Assembly: GCA_965649825.1 (NCBI GenBank)
Contig: OZ287699.1
Location: 772,377-836,376, forward strand
Origin: Penicillus capitatus
Lineage: Eukaryota > Plantae > Chlorophyta
Direction: 5' to 3'
DNA length: 64,000 bases
In this document: in pieces, positions 14,126 to 26,800 of the stretch
Position numbering within the stretch: the stretch's first letter is position 1
Layout of the letters: the number at the start of each line of letters is the position of its first letter
The notes under the pieces: model-generated
Database searches by the model: none
What the model was told of the DNA's origin: nothing
Seen by the model: only the letters and a program-made list of their open reading frames with translations
Position numbers and translations under genes: made by a program

Positions 14126-15023
14126 TCAATCGATGTACTGCGACACCCAGCGAAATCCATCGGCATAGCCCATCTTACGCACCTACCGCACGTACACACG
14201 CTTAGGTGCAAGAGTTGAGATGGATAGGATGTGACGTACGACACTGCACATGAAGATCTCGATCGGTCTGATGTTCTTCTCCAGTGTCACCTTTCCTTTC
14301 CCCGTCGTGTAGTTTGTGAGGCCAAGCATGTGTCGTACGTCATCCTCGGAACAGGCATGAGGCAAATCGATCTTGTTTCCCAGTATCAAGAAGGGAATGT
14401 CGGAGAGCGATTCGTCAGATAACAACGCATCCAGTTCTTTCTTTGACTCGGGGAGACGCTCGCGATCGGCGACGTCTACCAAGAACACAATGGCATCGAC
14501 CTGAACGTCACATCATGATTGCGGTGGAGGGAAAGGCACTGTGCAAGGCACCTTAGCAAAATAGTCTTTCCAAAGACGACGTGCTATTTCATGACCGCCC
14601 AAATCGAAAGCTTTGAAGTTAATGCCAGCCATTTGAAGCTCCTAAGCAAAGAAACCCACGACCCATGATGTGACGGACGTCCCCAACGGCACCTCGGACG
14701 TGGGATGCTGCGTGGGTTGGTGTTGTTGTAGACGATCATCCTTTAACATATGCATCAGCGTTGTTTTTCCTGCATTGTCCAGTCCCTGCAACAAGACAAG
14801 TGTTCATGCACGTAGCACGCACACACGCGACTGTCAAAGAGCGATACTAAGAAGAGGATTTTTGCATTCTTGTTGTAGAGTCCTAAATAATTCAAGACAC
14901 TGTAGAACCTGAACAGCAACAGGAATGCGTTCGCCGCCAAAGTATCATCCGCCGCCGTCGAAAGGCGGCGGCAGAAGTCGAGGAGATCGCTGAGGGAAGA
15001 GATTACCAGTTGAGAATGAACAT
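14126..15023 (-). CDS. SAR1: COPII small GTPase Sar1
   Basis: [36 protein letters not shown]; [20 protein letters not shown]; [10 protein letters not shown]; [15 protein letters not shown]. Confidence 0.96.
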
Positions 15024-15330
15024 CTTTCAGGAGCGTGATGCTTCGAATCCGCCGTTCCGAACTTGGAAAGCCGTCTTCAACGCGAGACGCCAAAGATGTG
15101 GAATTTATCAACGATGATATGACGTTTGCATTCATACCCGTCGTCGAAGTGCCAACATTGCCCACACGGACTGCGCCATGAGCATGTACACCACTGGTGA
15201 TCGGCACCATATCGAGTCGTCAGTGGCCATTCATCGACAAGACACAGATCGCTTGGAATAAGATCGGTAGGAGCGGCGTTTCTGTGCTGCTGCATGTCTT
15301 AATGATGGTGCATGTAGTGATTAGCGCGAA

Positions 15331-16231
15331 ATGGGCAGCAGATTCAGCTTGTTCAACAACGAAGACGTTGATATGTCACCCGTTTTGCGAAAGCGGAATG
15401 AATATGCCGATATCGATGCGATGTCCGCTGCGGCGGTGAAGAAAGAACTGAAACAACACGGCCTCGAAGTCGACGCGTTGCTCCGAGAGAAGTTGAAGGA
15501 GCTGCGCCAGACCGAAGTCAGCGCCGCTGCACGTCGTTCGGGCACGACACCTATGGGTACACTCTTAAACAACGCCTTTAATCTTTGACCTGCTCTGTTT
15601 GAAGACACGGAAGCGGCGACGGCCCCTGTTTCCTCACCCCTTGCCCTTCCCGTCCCCATTGTCCAACCCAAAGCAGATGGACCGCTTACGCGTTCGCAAC
15701 TGACGGGTAAGGATACTCTGTCGTGATCTGTCATGATGATATGTGTTTGGTGGACAGAGTCGGCGATGGCGAAACGTCGCGCGCGCAAAACGCCTGCGGT
15801 TCGAAAAACGACGATGAAGAGGAAAACGCCCGCGACGAAGAAGATGGCGACCAAGAGTGTGCGCAAGAGGTCAGGCCAACGCCGAGTGCGATCGGGTGCG
15901 AAACGGAATCGTACACAAAGCGGAAAGGCGCCTGCCGCAGAAGGTAGCCTCAGGCCAGCGATGCACGCTGCCAAACTCCATCGTGCTTTGCCCAGGGTAT
16001 GATGAAGAGAATGATGAGACTGACTACGACGTGGAGATGATCATGGACATTCGACTGGATGAGAAATCCGGCAAAGCAAAGCGTCAGTTCTTGATTCGTT
16101 GGACTGGCTATGGAGTCGAAGACGATCAATGGATCGACGAAACCATGTTAGCTCTGCCGATCGACGAGTACAAGCATTCTGATGTCGTTAAGACAAAGCT
16201 CCAAGCCGACGATGTGACGGGGTCGATTTGA
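15331..16231 (+). CDS. Chromodomain protein with SAP-like N-terminus and Lys/Arg-rich linker
   Basis: C-terminal YDVEMIMDIRL...FLIRWTGYGVEDDQW chromodomain; N-terminal MSAAAVKKELKQHGL resembles a SAP helix. Three GT-AG introns join the pieces in frame. Confidence 0.75.
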
Positions 16232-16348
16232 GATGTTCGATGTTCGTCCATCTGTATGTATAAGATGACGTGGACGTTTATTTTTAAGAGATACATGTGC
16301 GAAGCAGTAATCTTGTTTTCTGCATTGTTTTACAAGAGGTGTCTGTCT

Positions 16349-18256
16349 CTAAGCCGTCTGTTGCATGTCGAGAGCGGCATCCAGACGTAGAACCTGTGTT
16401 TCCAAGTTGTGTAAATTGACAAGGACAGCTTCGCTCTTAAGACTGAAATCCGGAACAGAGATCAAACGCGATGTCACCCGATGATCTGATGCATGGTCAT
16501 CATGATGAAAGGCGTGCGAATAGTGTGACCTTGGAAAAGACGTGTGTCAAAGCATGGCTGGTTGCCTGCGAAGAAGATGTGTGGTGTCTCTTCCAGGACA
16601 AAGGGATCGCTTTGGTCGAAAGGAAAGCAGGTCAGTGTATCTGGACAGGTCGGTGCTAGATGCCGATACTTCAGACACAGTTCCATCGCTTCCACTCCGC
16701 TTCCGAAATCCGAGTGCCTTGAAACAACAGAGACCCATTGTCCTGACGGTCGACATATCGGTACGAGATTACAGAAGGATGTCATCGACGTTCTGTCCAG
16801 ATGTGCCCATAATACGAACGCCATCGAGAGTGAAATCGTGAGGATTGGTCACTCTATTGAGATGCTTTTCTTTGCTCGCCTGAGGAAAGAAACACCTGAG
16901 CCAGACGAACGTTGCTGTTCATGGGTGCTTGACAATAATGGAGAAGTCGACTTGTGTAGAGGTTGCTGAGGTAGAAAGCAGGAAGCTAGATCATGTAGAC
17001 CTGGCATCACATCGACAGGCACAGTTGGTACAATTTCGTTTAAGAAACCATCCACGTCGCTGCACAGAATCCTGCATTCGTCCTTCTGTACCAAAAAATG
17101 GCGACCTGACAAGATGGGCTCCAATGCACGGAGTTGCTGACGCGAATTGGGTGATCCGGTTGCCAGATCTTTATTTTTGCCAATCAGTTCTCCACAGACA
17201 ACCACACGAACGATACCTGCCCAAGGTACGATCAGCATAGCAACAGAGCACATGGTGCTATGCAAACGCGAAGGAATCTCTTCAGCCTCTCCAAATGATC
17301 CAACAAGGTATTCGGCAAGCATATCCAATGCCAGACGGTTTTGTGGACGGATGGTCGCCAGATTCAAACCCGATAACAACAGAAGGTAGACATCCGATTC
17401 CCTCGATCTTTCAGGAAGCGGCAGTTGTGGAGCAATCTCTAGTATACTATGCATCTCTGTAAAGTCCAAGGTTGTTGCGTGATTCTTGCCTGGACAACAG
17501 ACGTCTGTCACTTCAAATCTCCCATTGGCCAATTGTCGACCCTTCACAGCGACACACATTCCTGGAGAGGAATGAGAAAATGTAGACGATCGCGTCGAAC
17601 TGCTGTGAGCACCTGAGACGAGTTGGTTGACAGGCAACGCAGTTCCAGTGAGTTCCGTACGGGTGCCGTCATCTTCGATGAACAGGAGATCGTCATCATG
17701 CACACGATTCTTATTGATCTGCAGCTCTTTCTCTTCGACCCTCTTCGAAAGATACTTGTCCAAAACTTGCGGCTTTAATTTCATGCTTTTGAAAAGAATT
17801 CCGCAGAGCACGACGTCTGTCGATCCCCGTTCCTTGATCCCCAAAATCTTGCATGCTGTCCTCGACAGAGCATGGAGACTCGAAAACGATACGGTATTGC
17901 CTACTGGGTATCTCTGGCCATTTGTGCTGAGCACTCTCTACCAGATGAGGCTTCAATTCATGAAACCGACAGAAATACGTTTGTGCAAATTGTCGTTCAA
18001 AACCAGACTCGGTCAAGATGAAACGCTCGTTCTGTGCACTTAGCTCTTTATGTTTTGCACGCAGTAGAGCGAAGAAGGACCTTGTCTGTGTAGTCGACTG
18101 TAGGCCGTGGCGGATGATTCTCTTGAGCGCCATTCGATCGATCGAAATCTCGCGGGAGTTGTACACCGAGTCGCCTTTAGAAGACGCTGCCTCGTCGAGA
18201 ACGGCAAGATGACGAGGCGTGGGGTACTCGAGTTCTTTCAGGGCTTCCGGATCCAT
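16349..18256 (-). CDS. POLD2: DNA polymerase delta small subunit
   Basis: RQFAQTYFCR; GILFKSMKLKP; LFIEDDGTR; VDVMPGLHDLASCFLPQQPLH; HLAPTCPDTL; PHIFFAGNQ; LISVPDF...LVNL. Confidence 0.95.
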
Positions 18257-18389
18257 GGTGACGTACGTTTATCTGTCTCTATGTTGGGATGGATACGATC
18301 GTAGTCTGTACAAACGCATACGGTCGTCTAATCGAAACCAATCGTATTTGTGCCATTGCCGCTGTCGCATTCGACGTTGCTGTTTTGGG

Positions 18390-18787
18390 ATGTCGAAAAA
18401 AGAGAGCGCCATCGATTTGAGCAAACTCATCGACAAAGGTGTCCACGTCAAGCTCAGTGGAGGTCGAGAAGGTTATTGACCTCTTCTTTGAATGCCGGCG
18501 TCGAAGTTTTGCGTTTTAGTGACGGGTATTCTCAAAGGGTACGACCAGCTAATGAATCTCGTGGTGGACGACACCACAGAGTACTTGCGAGGCATGGGTC
18601 GCTTCACAAAATGATGTGACATGTTTCATGGGATTGTCACACAGATCCGGAAGATCCGTTGAAGATTACAGACGATACGCGGAAACTGGGACTCGTCGTG
18701 TGTCGTGGTCCCTCCGTTATGCTCGTCTCTCCCACCACTGGTGCAGAGCAAATCAACTACAATCCCTTCCATGGGGAACAGGGATAG
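18390..18787 (+). CDS. LSM7: U6 snRNA-associated Sm-like protein LSm7
   Basis: MSKKESAIDLSKLIDKGVHVKLSGGRE; GILKGYDQLMNLVVD; RKLGLVVCRGPSVMLVSP. Confidence 0.95.
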
Positions 18788-19310
18788 CACGGCGAATGTT
18801 GTGTAATGCTGTCAATCACCCTCCATGTACCATTTCTTCGCGTAGGCGACAACAGCGTGCGACGCAGCACGAATATCATTGCACCAAGAAGACAACCGTC
18901 GAAAAATTCAAAATCGTCGCACCCATTTGTCGAGATTTCGTGTATTCCTTCAGACAACAGAGCGTCCGAGACCGTCGATAAGAGAGATTTGGACGCCGGG
19001 TATGTGCTTGGCAGCGTTGGCGAGTCCTTATAGGCTATCTGAGCTGCGCTTGATGTTTGTCACGGCGACGACAGGACTTCAGTTCTTTTCGAGTCCATCT
19101 ACGGCCGAGATGAAGCGGCTTCCGAACATGTAGAGGACCCTGGCGGAAGATGAGAGATATCGTCGACGAGATCGTCGATAATCGATCAATCAGATTGGCG
19201 TTGCGGAATTCGCCGAACGCAAGTAGCAGCATTTGGATCGGAAAACATTTGCGTTTCGACAAATCGACCGTTTACGACAAGGATACTGACGTCATGTCCG
19301 TCAGCCAGAT

Positions 19311-19561
19311 AACAAGATCGTGATGTGACAATGTCTCCCCGATCCAAATCCTGTTTGAGTGGTTAAAAAGCGCGATCAACAGAACGGAATATCGTAATGG
19401 TAACGGTGATAAATAGACAGTCGATGATGGGATCGATAGCGTCAATCGACGGCGATGATGGGATCGATAGCGTCAATCGACGGCGATGATGGGATCGATA
19501 GCGTCAATCGACGGCGATGATGGGATCGATAGCGTCAATCGACGGCGATGATGGGATCGAT
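19311..19561 (+). repeat. Left member of diverged inverted repeat pair (partner 34817-35048)
   Basis: aacaagatcgtgatgtgacaatgtctcc...gatcaacagaacggaatatcgta...gacagtcgatga aligns with the reverse complement of 34930-35048 (roughly 70-75% by eye). Confidence 0.8.
19423..19561. repeat. 31-bp minisatellite, ~4.5 exact copies (GATGATGGGATCGATAGCGTCAATCGACGGC)
   Basis: Units start at 19423, 19454, 19485, 19516 and 19547 (partial); no spacers. Confidence 0.97.
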
Positions 19562-20714
19562 CTGGAGCATGCTCAAATGATGAGTATTTATCGATGAATC
19601 TGACAATCCAACTCGAAAACAGATCATCGAAGCAGTGATAAGCGTCCACAGAAGAAATCGTAGATAGAAAACCAACTCTACGACTGGCATCGCCGCAATA
19701 GAGGCGCGATTTGATGTCAAGCGATGGCAGCTTATGGATGCCATCGACGCCGATCGATTCCATCGATCCACGTCCCGATCGTCTGCCCAACCATTGGAGA
19801 ACTAATGTGGAGTTCAACTGACGTCATTTAGGGCGATCGATCGCGTTTTAAGTAGAGTTTTATCTCTGTCGATTTTGCTTGATGGAAAGATCAGTCTCCA
19901 GCTTTTCGAATCTACAAAAGAAACGGAGCTACCTTTAGCGAAGATCGATTTTTTGGCTTAAATCAAGATGCGCAGCGCCGCTGTGACTTGGGATGAAAAT
20001 TTGATGCGACCCGACGAATCGATTAAGTTAACGACATAAGCATAGACATTGCGTTTTTAGAAAAGAAGACATCTGTTTCGTTCCGATCGCAACTGCGTCT
20101 CACCTGTAGAATCAATCCTTTAGTGCCTCATTCGAAATTACAAGCTAGAGTAACATTCTACTCGATTTGATTGTAATGTAAGAAACTGCTCATCTTGGCG
20201 CGTGTCCATCAGAAGACAGTTTTCGCTTGAATGCGCATGCACACTCAACAGAGAGAACGGGCTGTGATGATGGTACGTTCATTCATCGCAGCCATCAAAG
20301 CACGGATATTAATAACTAACCGCAGAGATTTATATGGTTTCGAGACGATCACAAGAAGAATCAACTCTCGAGCATGTTTGAAAAGTTCCACCACTCCAAC
20401 TTCCAGACAGCCATCGACCAGAAGTTAGAACAGGCATCGTTCCGGAAAGCATAGAAACCGATTGCTAAAATCGGACAAATGCACCGATGTGTCGACTAGG
20501 GATCTCTGATAGAGTAGTTCATCACCTGCGGCAGAGACATGGATTCTGAGAAGACCGTCGGGTATTGTGTCTTCAGCCTTTCCAGTACTCTACAGCCGTA
20601 GCAACGCAGAACGAAGGATTACTAGCTGTTATTTGTCTGCAACTATACTGATTCGCATACGAAGCATATACGGTTGGAAGGCAGGACGTTGGGACGCCAG
20701 AGCACCAACCATCC

Positions 20715-21949
20715 ATGCAAAGGCATCCGATTATCACGATGCGTTCCTGCACGGAACTCTCGGCGGAGTTCGTGCTGTCCGGCACAGATACTTCCGTCGC
20801 CAATGCTCTGAGGCGCATCATGATTGGCGAGATACCGACGATCGCGATCGAACTCGTCGAAATCGAGACCAACACGACCGTGCTGACGGACGACTTCCTG
20901 GCACATCGACTGGGACTCATCCCCCTGTCCTCTCTGCGTCGACATCCTCCGTCCCTGCGACGTGGGTTCTGATGGGACGTCTCTGTTCAGAGGCCGCCAA
21001 GATGGTGGGCGCCTACGACAACGCCGAGGAAGACATCGACGAGATCGAGCTGTTTCTGGACGTGCACTGCACGGAGGAAGAGCGAACGGTGCGGTCATGA
21101 GCATCGCTGCATCGCTGCACGGGGATGCTGTTCGCAGATGCTGGTCACATCGAAGGACTTGTCCGTGGGGACGCCCAACGTCGACGTGGTCCCCATCGGC
21201 CATCCGGGGTTCTGCTTCGACGACATAGCGAACATCCCGGTCACCGTCGTCAAACTGAGACAGGGACAGTCGCTCAAACTGAGGGCCATCGCCGTGAAGG
21301 TTCGCTCTCTTGTGAACTCCATGCATCGCCCGTGATCAGGTTTCTGCGCGAGACCAGGGAATCGGGAGAGACCACAGCAAGTGGAGCCCCGTCTCCGCCG
21401 CTTCCTTCACGAACATGCCCGAGATTGCCTTCAACGAATACGTCCTGGCCGGATGGTCCCCACAGCGCAAGATCGAGCTGTTCGAGGAGCTGGCCGAGTG
21501 CTTTCCGGTCGGGCGAAACCCCTTCTGCCTCGACCTGCCGGCCAAAAAGGTCGGTTCTCTCTGCCACACCCACCCGCCGACAAGTGCAGACCGACTGCCG
21601 CAGATGATTCTCAAGCCGGAGCTGTACAACTTTGACGACGCGCACGTTGCCGTGCTGGAGAAGCACGGGGTCCCGGACCTCTTCAAGATACAGTCGGTGC
21701 CGGGCACCTTCATCTTCAAAGTGCGTGTCCGCGATCAGATGCCGACGCGTTGCGATCTTCCTGTGCCGCACGCAGCTGGAGACGACCGGCGTGCTCGACG
21801 CCGCCGAAGTGCTGATGCAGTCCATCGACATCCTGGCGTCGAAGCTGAAGGACATTCGGCGAGCGATCAAGGCGGAGGCGCAGGGGAGCGACGGTGTTCC
21901 GATGCAGATGGACGAGGGACTTCAGGGCGGATACGACGACGGATACTGA
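20715..21949 (+). CDS. RPB3: RNA polymerase II subunit RPB3 (copy 1)
   Basis: AEFVLSGTDTSVANALRRIMIGEIPTIAIELVEIETNTTVLTDDFLAHRLGLIPL; VKLRQGQSLKLRAIAVKG; DHSKWSPV; FIFK/LETTGVLDAAEV. Confidence 0.9.
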
Positions 21950-22065
21950 CGCGTGTAGACGACGTCGCGTTCGATTCCCGCTGCCGCAGACAGACAGAGA
22001 GTCGGCTCTCAAAACATTACTCAGTGTGCGAACAGAGAGGTGTCCGTCGGAACGCAGGCGTGCGT

Positions 22066-23039
22066 CTAAGATCCCATGAAAACGCAGTCCGGGAACTGCA
22101 GTCTCGCGTCGTCCAGTGAGCGGCCCTGCTCTTCGTCTTGCCAGAAGTTGATCACCTGCGTGGCCCGGTTCAGCAGCAGGATCTGGGCATAGCGACAGAA
22201 GCGTCAGTGCGCAGTCGTTCGGCTCGGCGCGTCACTCGCCTGATCCGTTTCGTCGATCCACGCGTTCTCGCTCAGCCTCTGCCGGAGCTCCTCCCAGGCA
22301 TCGGTCCTCGGCCAGATGAAGTACTCCGTCAGCGGAATGCGCTTTCTCTACACGCACAAGGTCGCTTGGTCACAAGGAATGGACGGCGTTCGGATCGCTT
22401 GCGTTTCCGAAGATCTGGTCCACGGCGAACGCGATGTACTTGTCCAGCCACAGGAAGCTCAGCGCGAAGCCCTTCGGGCATCCGGATGGCGGGTCCTGAT
22501 CGGTGTCGGCCGAGATCTCTGCCTCCTCCTCGTCGTCGGCATCCGTCTCCTCCTCCTCCTCCTCGTCCAGCAGCGCCTCCATCGCTTCGCTGGGATCCGC
22601 GGCTTCGTCCTCGTCTCCGCCGAGGTCGGCTCCGAACCCCATCACCTCGTCGTCGTCGAGGTCGTCATCGTCGTCTCCGTAAAGATCCTCGTCGATGTAC
22701 TGGACAGGCGAGAGCGATCGCAGCGAGTACGGGGCGAGATCGCCGTACGGAGAATCGAAGGACCGAGCGCCTTGGCTGTCGAGGGATCGTTCTCCGACGG
22801 CGATGGGAGATGAGGCATCCCGGAGCAAGGGACGCCGATCGCGGCCACTCCGGTACCCTTCTCGATGCAGCGACCTGTCGGATCACACCACGTCGGGGCG
22901 GAAGAACGACTTCGGTGGCTGCGCCGACAGCCTCGACAAGCGGGCGACCGGGCGACCGAACGCAGTCGCTGACCTTCGACGGCCGGACGCCGCGAAGCAC
23001 GGGCACCGTGCGAACGGACGCGTTGACGAGCGGACCCAT
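22066..23039 (-). CDS. PSRP3: Plastid-specific 30S ribosomal protein 3 (Ycf65) precursor with acidic extension (copy 1)
   Basis: [20 protein letters not shown] / [22 protein letters not shown]...W / [15 protein letters not shown] is the PSRP-3/Ycf65 signature; Arg/Ser-rich transit-like N-terminus; start tentative. Confidence 0.88.
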
Positions 23040-23159
23040 GACCGAATCGATTTACACTCCGGAACAGGGCGATGCGTAACAAACTACTCTCAGTGAAAGA
23101 CCGAGCGACGGCAGTGATGTGACCGACGTCCGCGGTGCCGCATCGCCCGACCTCGCGAT

Positions 23160-23571
23160 CTAGGACGTGAAGAACCCTCCGCTCTCGTTTCGAGCGTAGC
23201 CCTGGAGCCACATGCGCCGACGTCCCGTCTGCAGAGTGGGGCGAACGGCTGCACCGGGTTGCGCTCGACCGGAGGATTCCGATCTCTCGGGTACCGAGAT
23301 GCGTCCACCCTCACCACTCGCAGGGTGCTCTGGTAGGAGACGTCGTCGCCGCTGGCCAGTCTCTGCAGCGCCTGTCGATGCGCCTCCTCGTCCGCGGACG
23401 CCTCGTGCGCGATCCACTGCAGCGGAACGCACGTCGACGTCCCGATGCGATGATCCACACGTGCCTCGCCCCTTCCCGCATGGCGCTGGGTCGCACGGTA
23501 GTTCTTCACCTGTCGGGACGGATCGCGCCCGTGCGACGCGCTTCGATTCGAACCTGCTGCCGGACGTCCAT
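23160..23571 (-). CDS. Unknown ~77 aa four-exon protein (copy 1)
   Basis: Three phase-0 introns (GT-AG, GC-AG, GT-AG) give MDVRQQ-VKNYRATQRHAGRGE-WIAHEASADEEAHRQALQRLASGDDVSYQSTLRV-TGRRRMWLQGYARNESGGFFTS*. Confidence 0.5.
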
Positions 23572-23874
23572 GCCGATCGATGCGTCGCCGCCGAACGATC
23601 CGCGTCCTGGAAATGGATCGACGATGACGCGACAGTCTCATTTCGTCGGTCTCGGCGTCCTTGATCGTCCATTACGAAGGGCGACAACTGTTTCGTCCTT
23701 CTCCATCGAGCGCGAACTCTCGTCTCGCCGATCGTTTATTTTCAGAGCGCGGCAGTCTGCGTTCGAACCCAATCGACCGCTGTCCGCATTCGTTGTCTTT
23801 GTTCGGCGTCTCCCTGCTCGTCTTCCTTCCCGTCTGGCGTTGTCGGTGCGTTTGTTCGTTCGCGTCCGAGTTCG

Positions 23875-26800
23875 ATGTCGGGCAGAGGAGGCGGAGGACG
23901 CGGTGGCTATGGAGGTAGGCTCGCACGCCTTCGCGCTCGGCGGCACACGCGTCTCGGCACCAACTGACGAACGCCGAAGGCGAACCGCGTCCTTCTGACG
24001 GTGGACGGATCTGTTGTAGGTCGTGGCAGGGACCGTGGCAGGGACCGCGGAAGAGGTCGCTTCGGCGGAAGAGGAGGAGGTGCGCCGTTCGCGCCGTCGC
24101 TCGTGCTGCTTCCTCACCGTTGTCTCGCGTTGAAGGTCGCGGCGACTTCCGCGCCGTGCCGGAGGCCGAAGGGCGTCGCCAGGTCGAGCAGATCGCGTCG
24201 TCTTTTCGCATCGAACAGCCGTGCATCTCGGTAGGCAACCCCGCTGCCGCATCGCCGCGATCCGAAGGCGTGTGCCTCGCAGGAGAGCATCGACAGTCCG
24301 GAGGCGCCGTCCTATCCGCCGGGCACCATCGGCACGCAGGCCCAGCTCGCGGCGAACTACTTCCAGCTGAACTGTCGGCTGAACAGCGCCTTCCAGTACA
24401 ACGTGACGATCGGTGAGGCACCTCGACGCCGGACGAGCTGCAGCGCGTGTGCGTGCGACAGAGTGCGAGTTCAATCAGGGACTGGAGCACCTGCTGCTCG
24501 CGGAGCTGGCCAGGAGGGAGGAATGGCCTCCGGGGTGGATCTTCGACGGCAAGAACGCCCTCTACACGGCCGGGCAGATCATATCGACCGACGAGCGCGA
24601 GGAGACCGTCGAGCTGGAGCAGGGTCCTAGGTCTCGCCAGTACAAGATCAAGCTGACCCAGACGACCGTGGTGCGCATGAGCCACCTGACGGAGTACGTC
24701 CAGCGCAGCCGAGCCGAGTTTCCGGCAGAACCCGTCCGCGTGCTGGAGATCCTGCTGTCCCACGCCGCGTCCCTGATGCCGGACAGGGTCCTCCACAGGA
24801 AGAGCGTCTTCGTCGACGCGCAGGCCAACAAGCGCGACATCGGACACGGAGCCGAGGTTCGATCCGCTCCGCCGCGATCGGATCCGTGGGCGATTGCTGC
24901 TGCTGCAGGCGTGGCTGGGGTACCACCAGAGCATCCGTCCCTGCCAGAACGGACTGTTCCTGAACATCGACAGCGCGTGCGCCCCGTTCTACAAGCCGAT
25001 GCTCGTCTCCGAGTTCATCGCCGAGATCCTCGGCCAGCAGCACGTCCCGCGAGAGCTCACCAACCAGCAGAAGTCGATCGTCAGAGGCGTCATGAAGAAC
25101 CTGACGGTGACGCCCTCTCTCGCCCGCGCGCCGCGCGGAGACGGGCGGCCGCTCTAGGTGAGTCTGGTGCGCGGGAGGATGCGGAAGAAGGTCGTCGGGC
25201 TGCTGGATCCGCCGACGCGCCTCAGCTTCGAGCACAGGGAGCACGGAGAGATCACCGTCGCCGAGTACTACGGGAGGATGGACTGTCCCCTCCACTACCC
25301 CGAGCTTCCCTGCCTGGACTGCTCGAGGGGCAGAAAGGTCTGCTTCCTGCCTCCGGAGTACGCACGGTAACGCCGAGCACCCGCCGCCGGTCGCTTGCTG
25401 ACGTCGACGGCCGCTTCCCCGCAGGATCGCCCACGCCCAGTTCGTGAACAAGATCACGGAGCGCCACCAGGAGCAGATGATCCGCTTCGCCGCCCAGAGG
25501 CCCGACGAGAAGGAGCGCTACCTGAACGGCCTGATCAGGGAGGACGCCGACATCAACCGGATGCAGAAGGTCCCGGACTTCCAGCTCTCGGCGCTGGAGC
25601 CCGCCATGAAGCAGATCCGCGGCCGCGTCCTCCCGTCCCCCTTCCTGTCCTACAAGGAGCCGGCCTGCTTCGACGTCGGCACCGAGGGGCAGTGGAACCT
25701 CGGGGGGATGACGATGAACTTCTTCAAGGCGAAGAAGCTCAAGTCCTGGGCGCTGCTCTCGCTGGCGCAGGAGCGCTACATCAACAGGCCCGGCGAGAAC
25801 GGCATCCAGTCGTTCCTGCACGAGCTCTACGAGGCCCTGAGGGCGCACACGGTCATCCCGTCCTCGGTCGACCTGTCGAGGCCGCCGATCGTCTACACCA
25901 GCGACTCCAACTTCATCCAGGACATGGAGCAGGCCAAGGCGCGGGCGCGTGATGCCTACGGCAGGGATCCGGACATCATCCTCTGTCTCATCCCCAGGAG
26001 AAGTGCGTGCTCTCATCCGCGCTGCCCCGATGGGACGCCTTCTGTGCCTCCGCAGATACGCGCCTGTACAAGATCGTCAAGCGGACGTCGGACGTCCACG
26101 TCGGCATTCCGACGCAGTGCTTCGCGGGGGACAAGTCCGGAGTCGGCGACAATCGGCCTCCCAGGGGACGCATGCAGTACTGCGCCAACCTGGCGCTCAA
26201 GATCAACGTGAAGGTATCCCCCTTCCCCTCTGCTCTCTCCGCAGAACGCACAGATCGATGCTCCGTAGGTGGGCGGCACCAACTCGGTCCTGCTGGGGAC
26301 GACGCAGTGCGGACTGCCCATGGTGCACCAGCGCCGACCCTACATCGTGCTGGGGGCGGACGTGTCGCACGCCTCGCCCGGATCGCATCTCTCGTCGATC
26401 GCCGCCGTGGTGGGCAGCGTCGATCCCATGGCGTCCCGCTACTCCAGCCGCATCACGTCGCAGCCGCCGCGCGAGGAGATCATCATCGACATGAAGGAGT
26501 CCGTCAAGGGACTCCTGCGCGACTTCTACGAGCACAACCACCAGAAGAAGCCGGAGTCCATCGTCGTGTTCCGGGACGGCGTGTCGGAGGGCTTCTTCAG
26601 CCGGGTGCTGACGCACGAGTACAGGGCCATCCGCGAGGCCTGCGGCGAGATGGGCGATCCGGCGGCGGACTACGCGCCGCCCATCACCTACATCATCATC
26701 CAGAAGAGGCACCACACGCGTCTGTTTCCGAAGGGGCAGAACGTCGCCCACCGGAGCGGGAACGTGAAGCCCGGGACGGTGGTGGACTCGGAGATCACCA

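Noticed and set aside
18757-19262. Short ORFs downstream of LSM7
   Set aside because: No recognisable motif or consistent splice model.
19423-19561. CRISPR-like array (also 34817-34949)
   Set aside because: Head-to-tail identical units with no unique spacers, no cas genes, and a eukaryotic intron-rich context: minisatellites.
20715-21949. Assigning RPB3 as a Pol IV/V-specific subunit
   Set aside because: No diagnostic feature visible. Lack of the Cys zinc motif is, as I recall, shared with other green algal RPB3. Kept only as a speculative finding.
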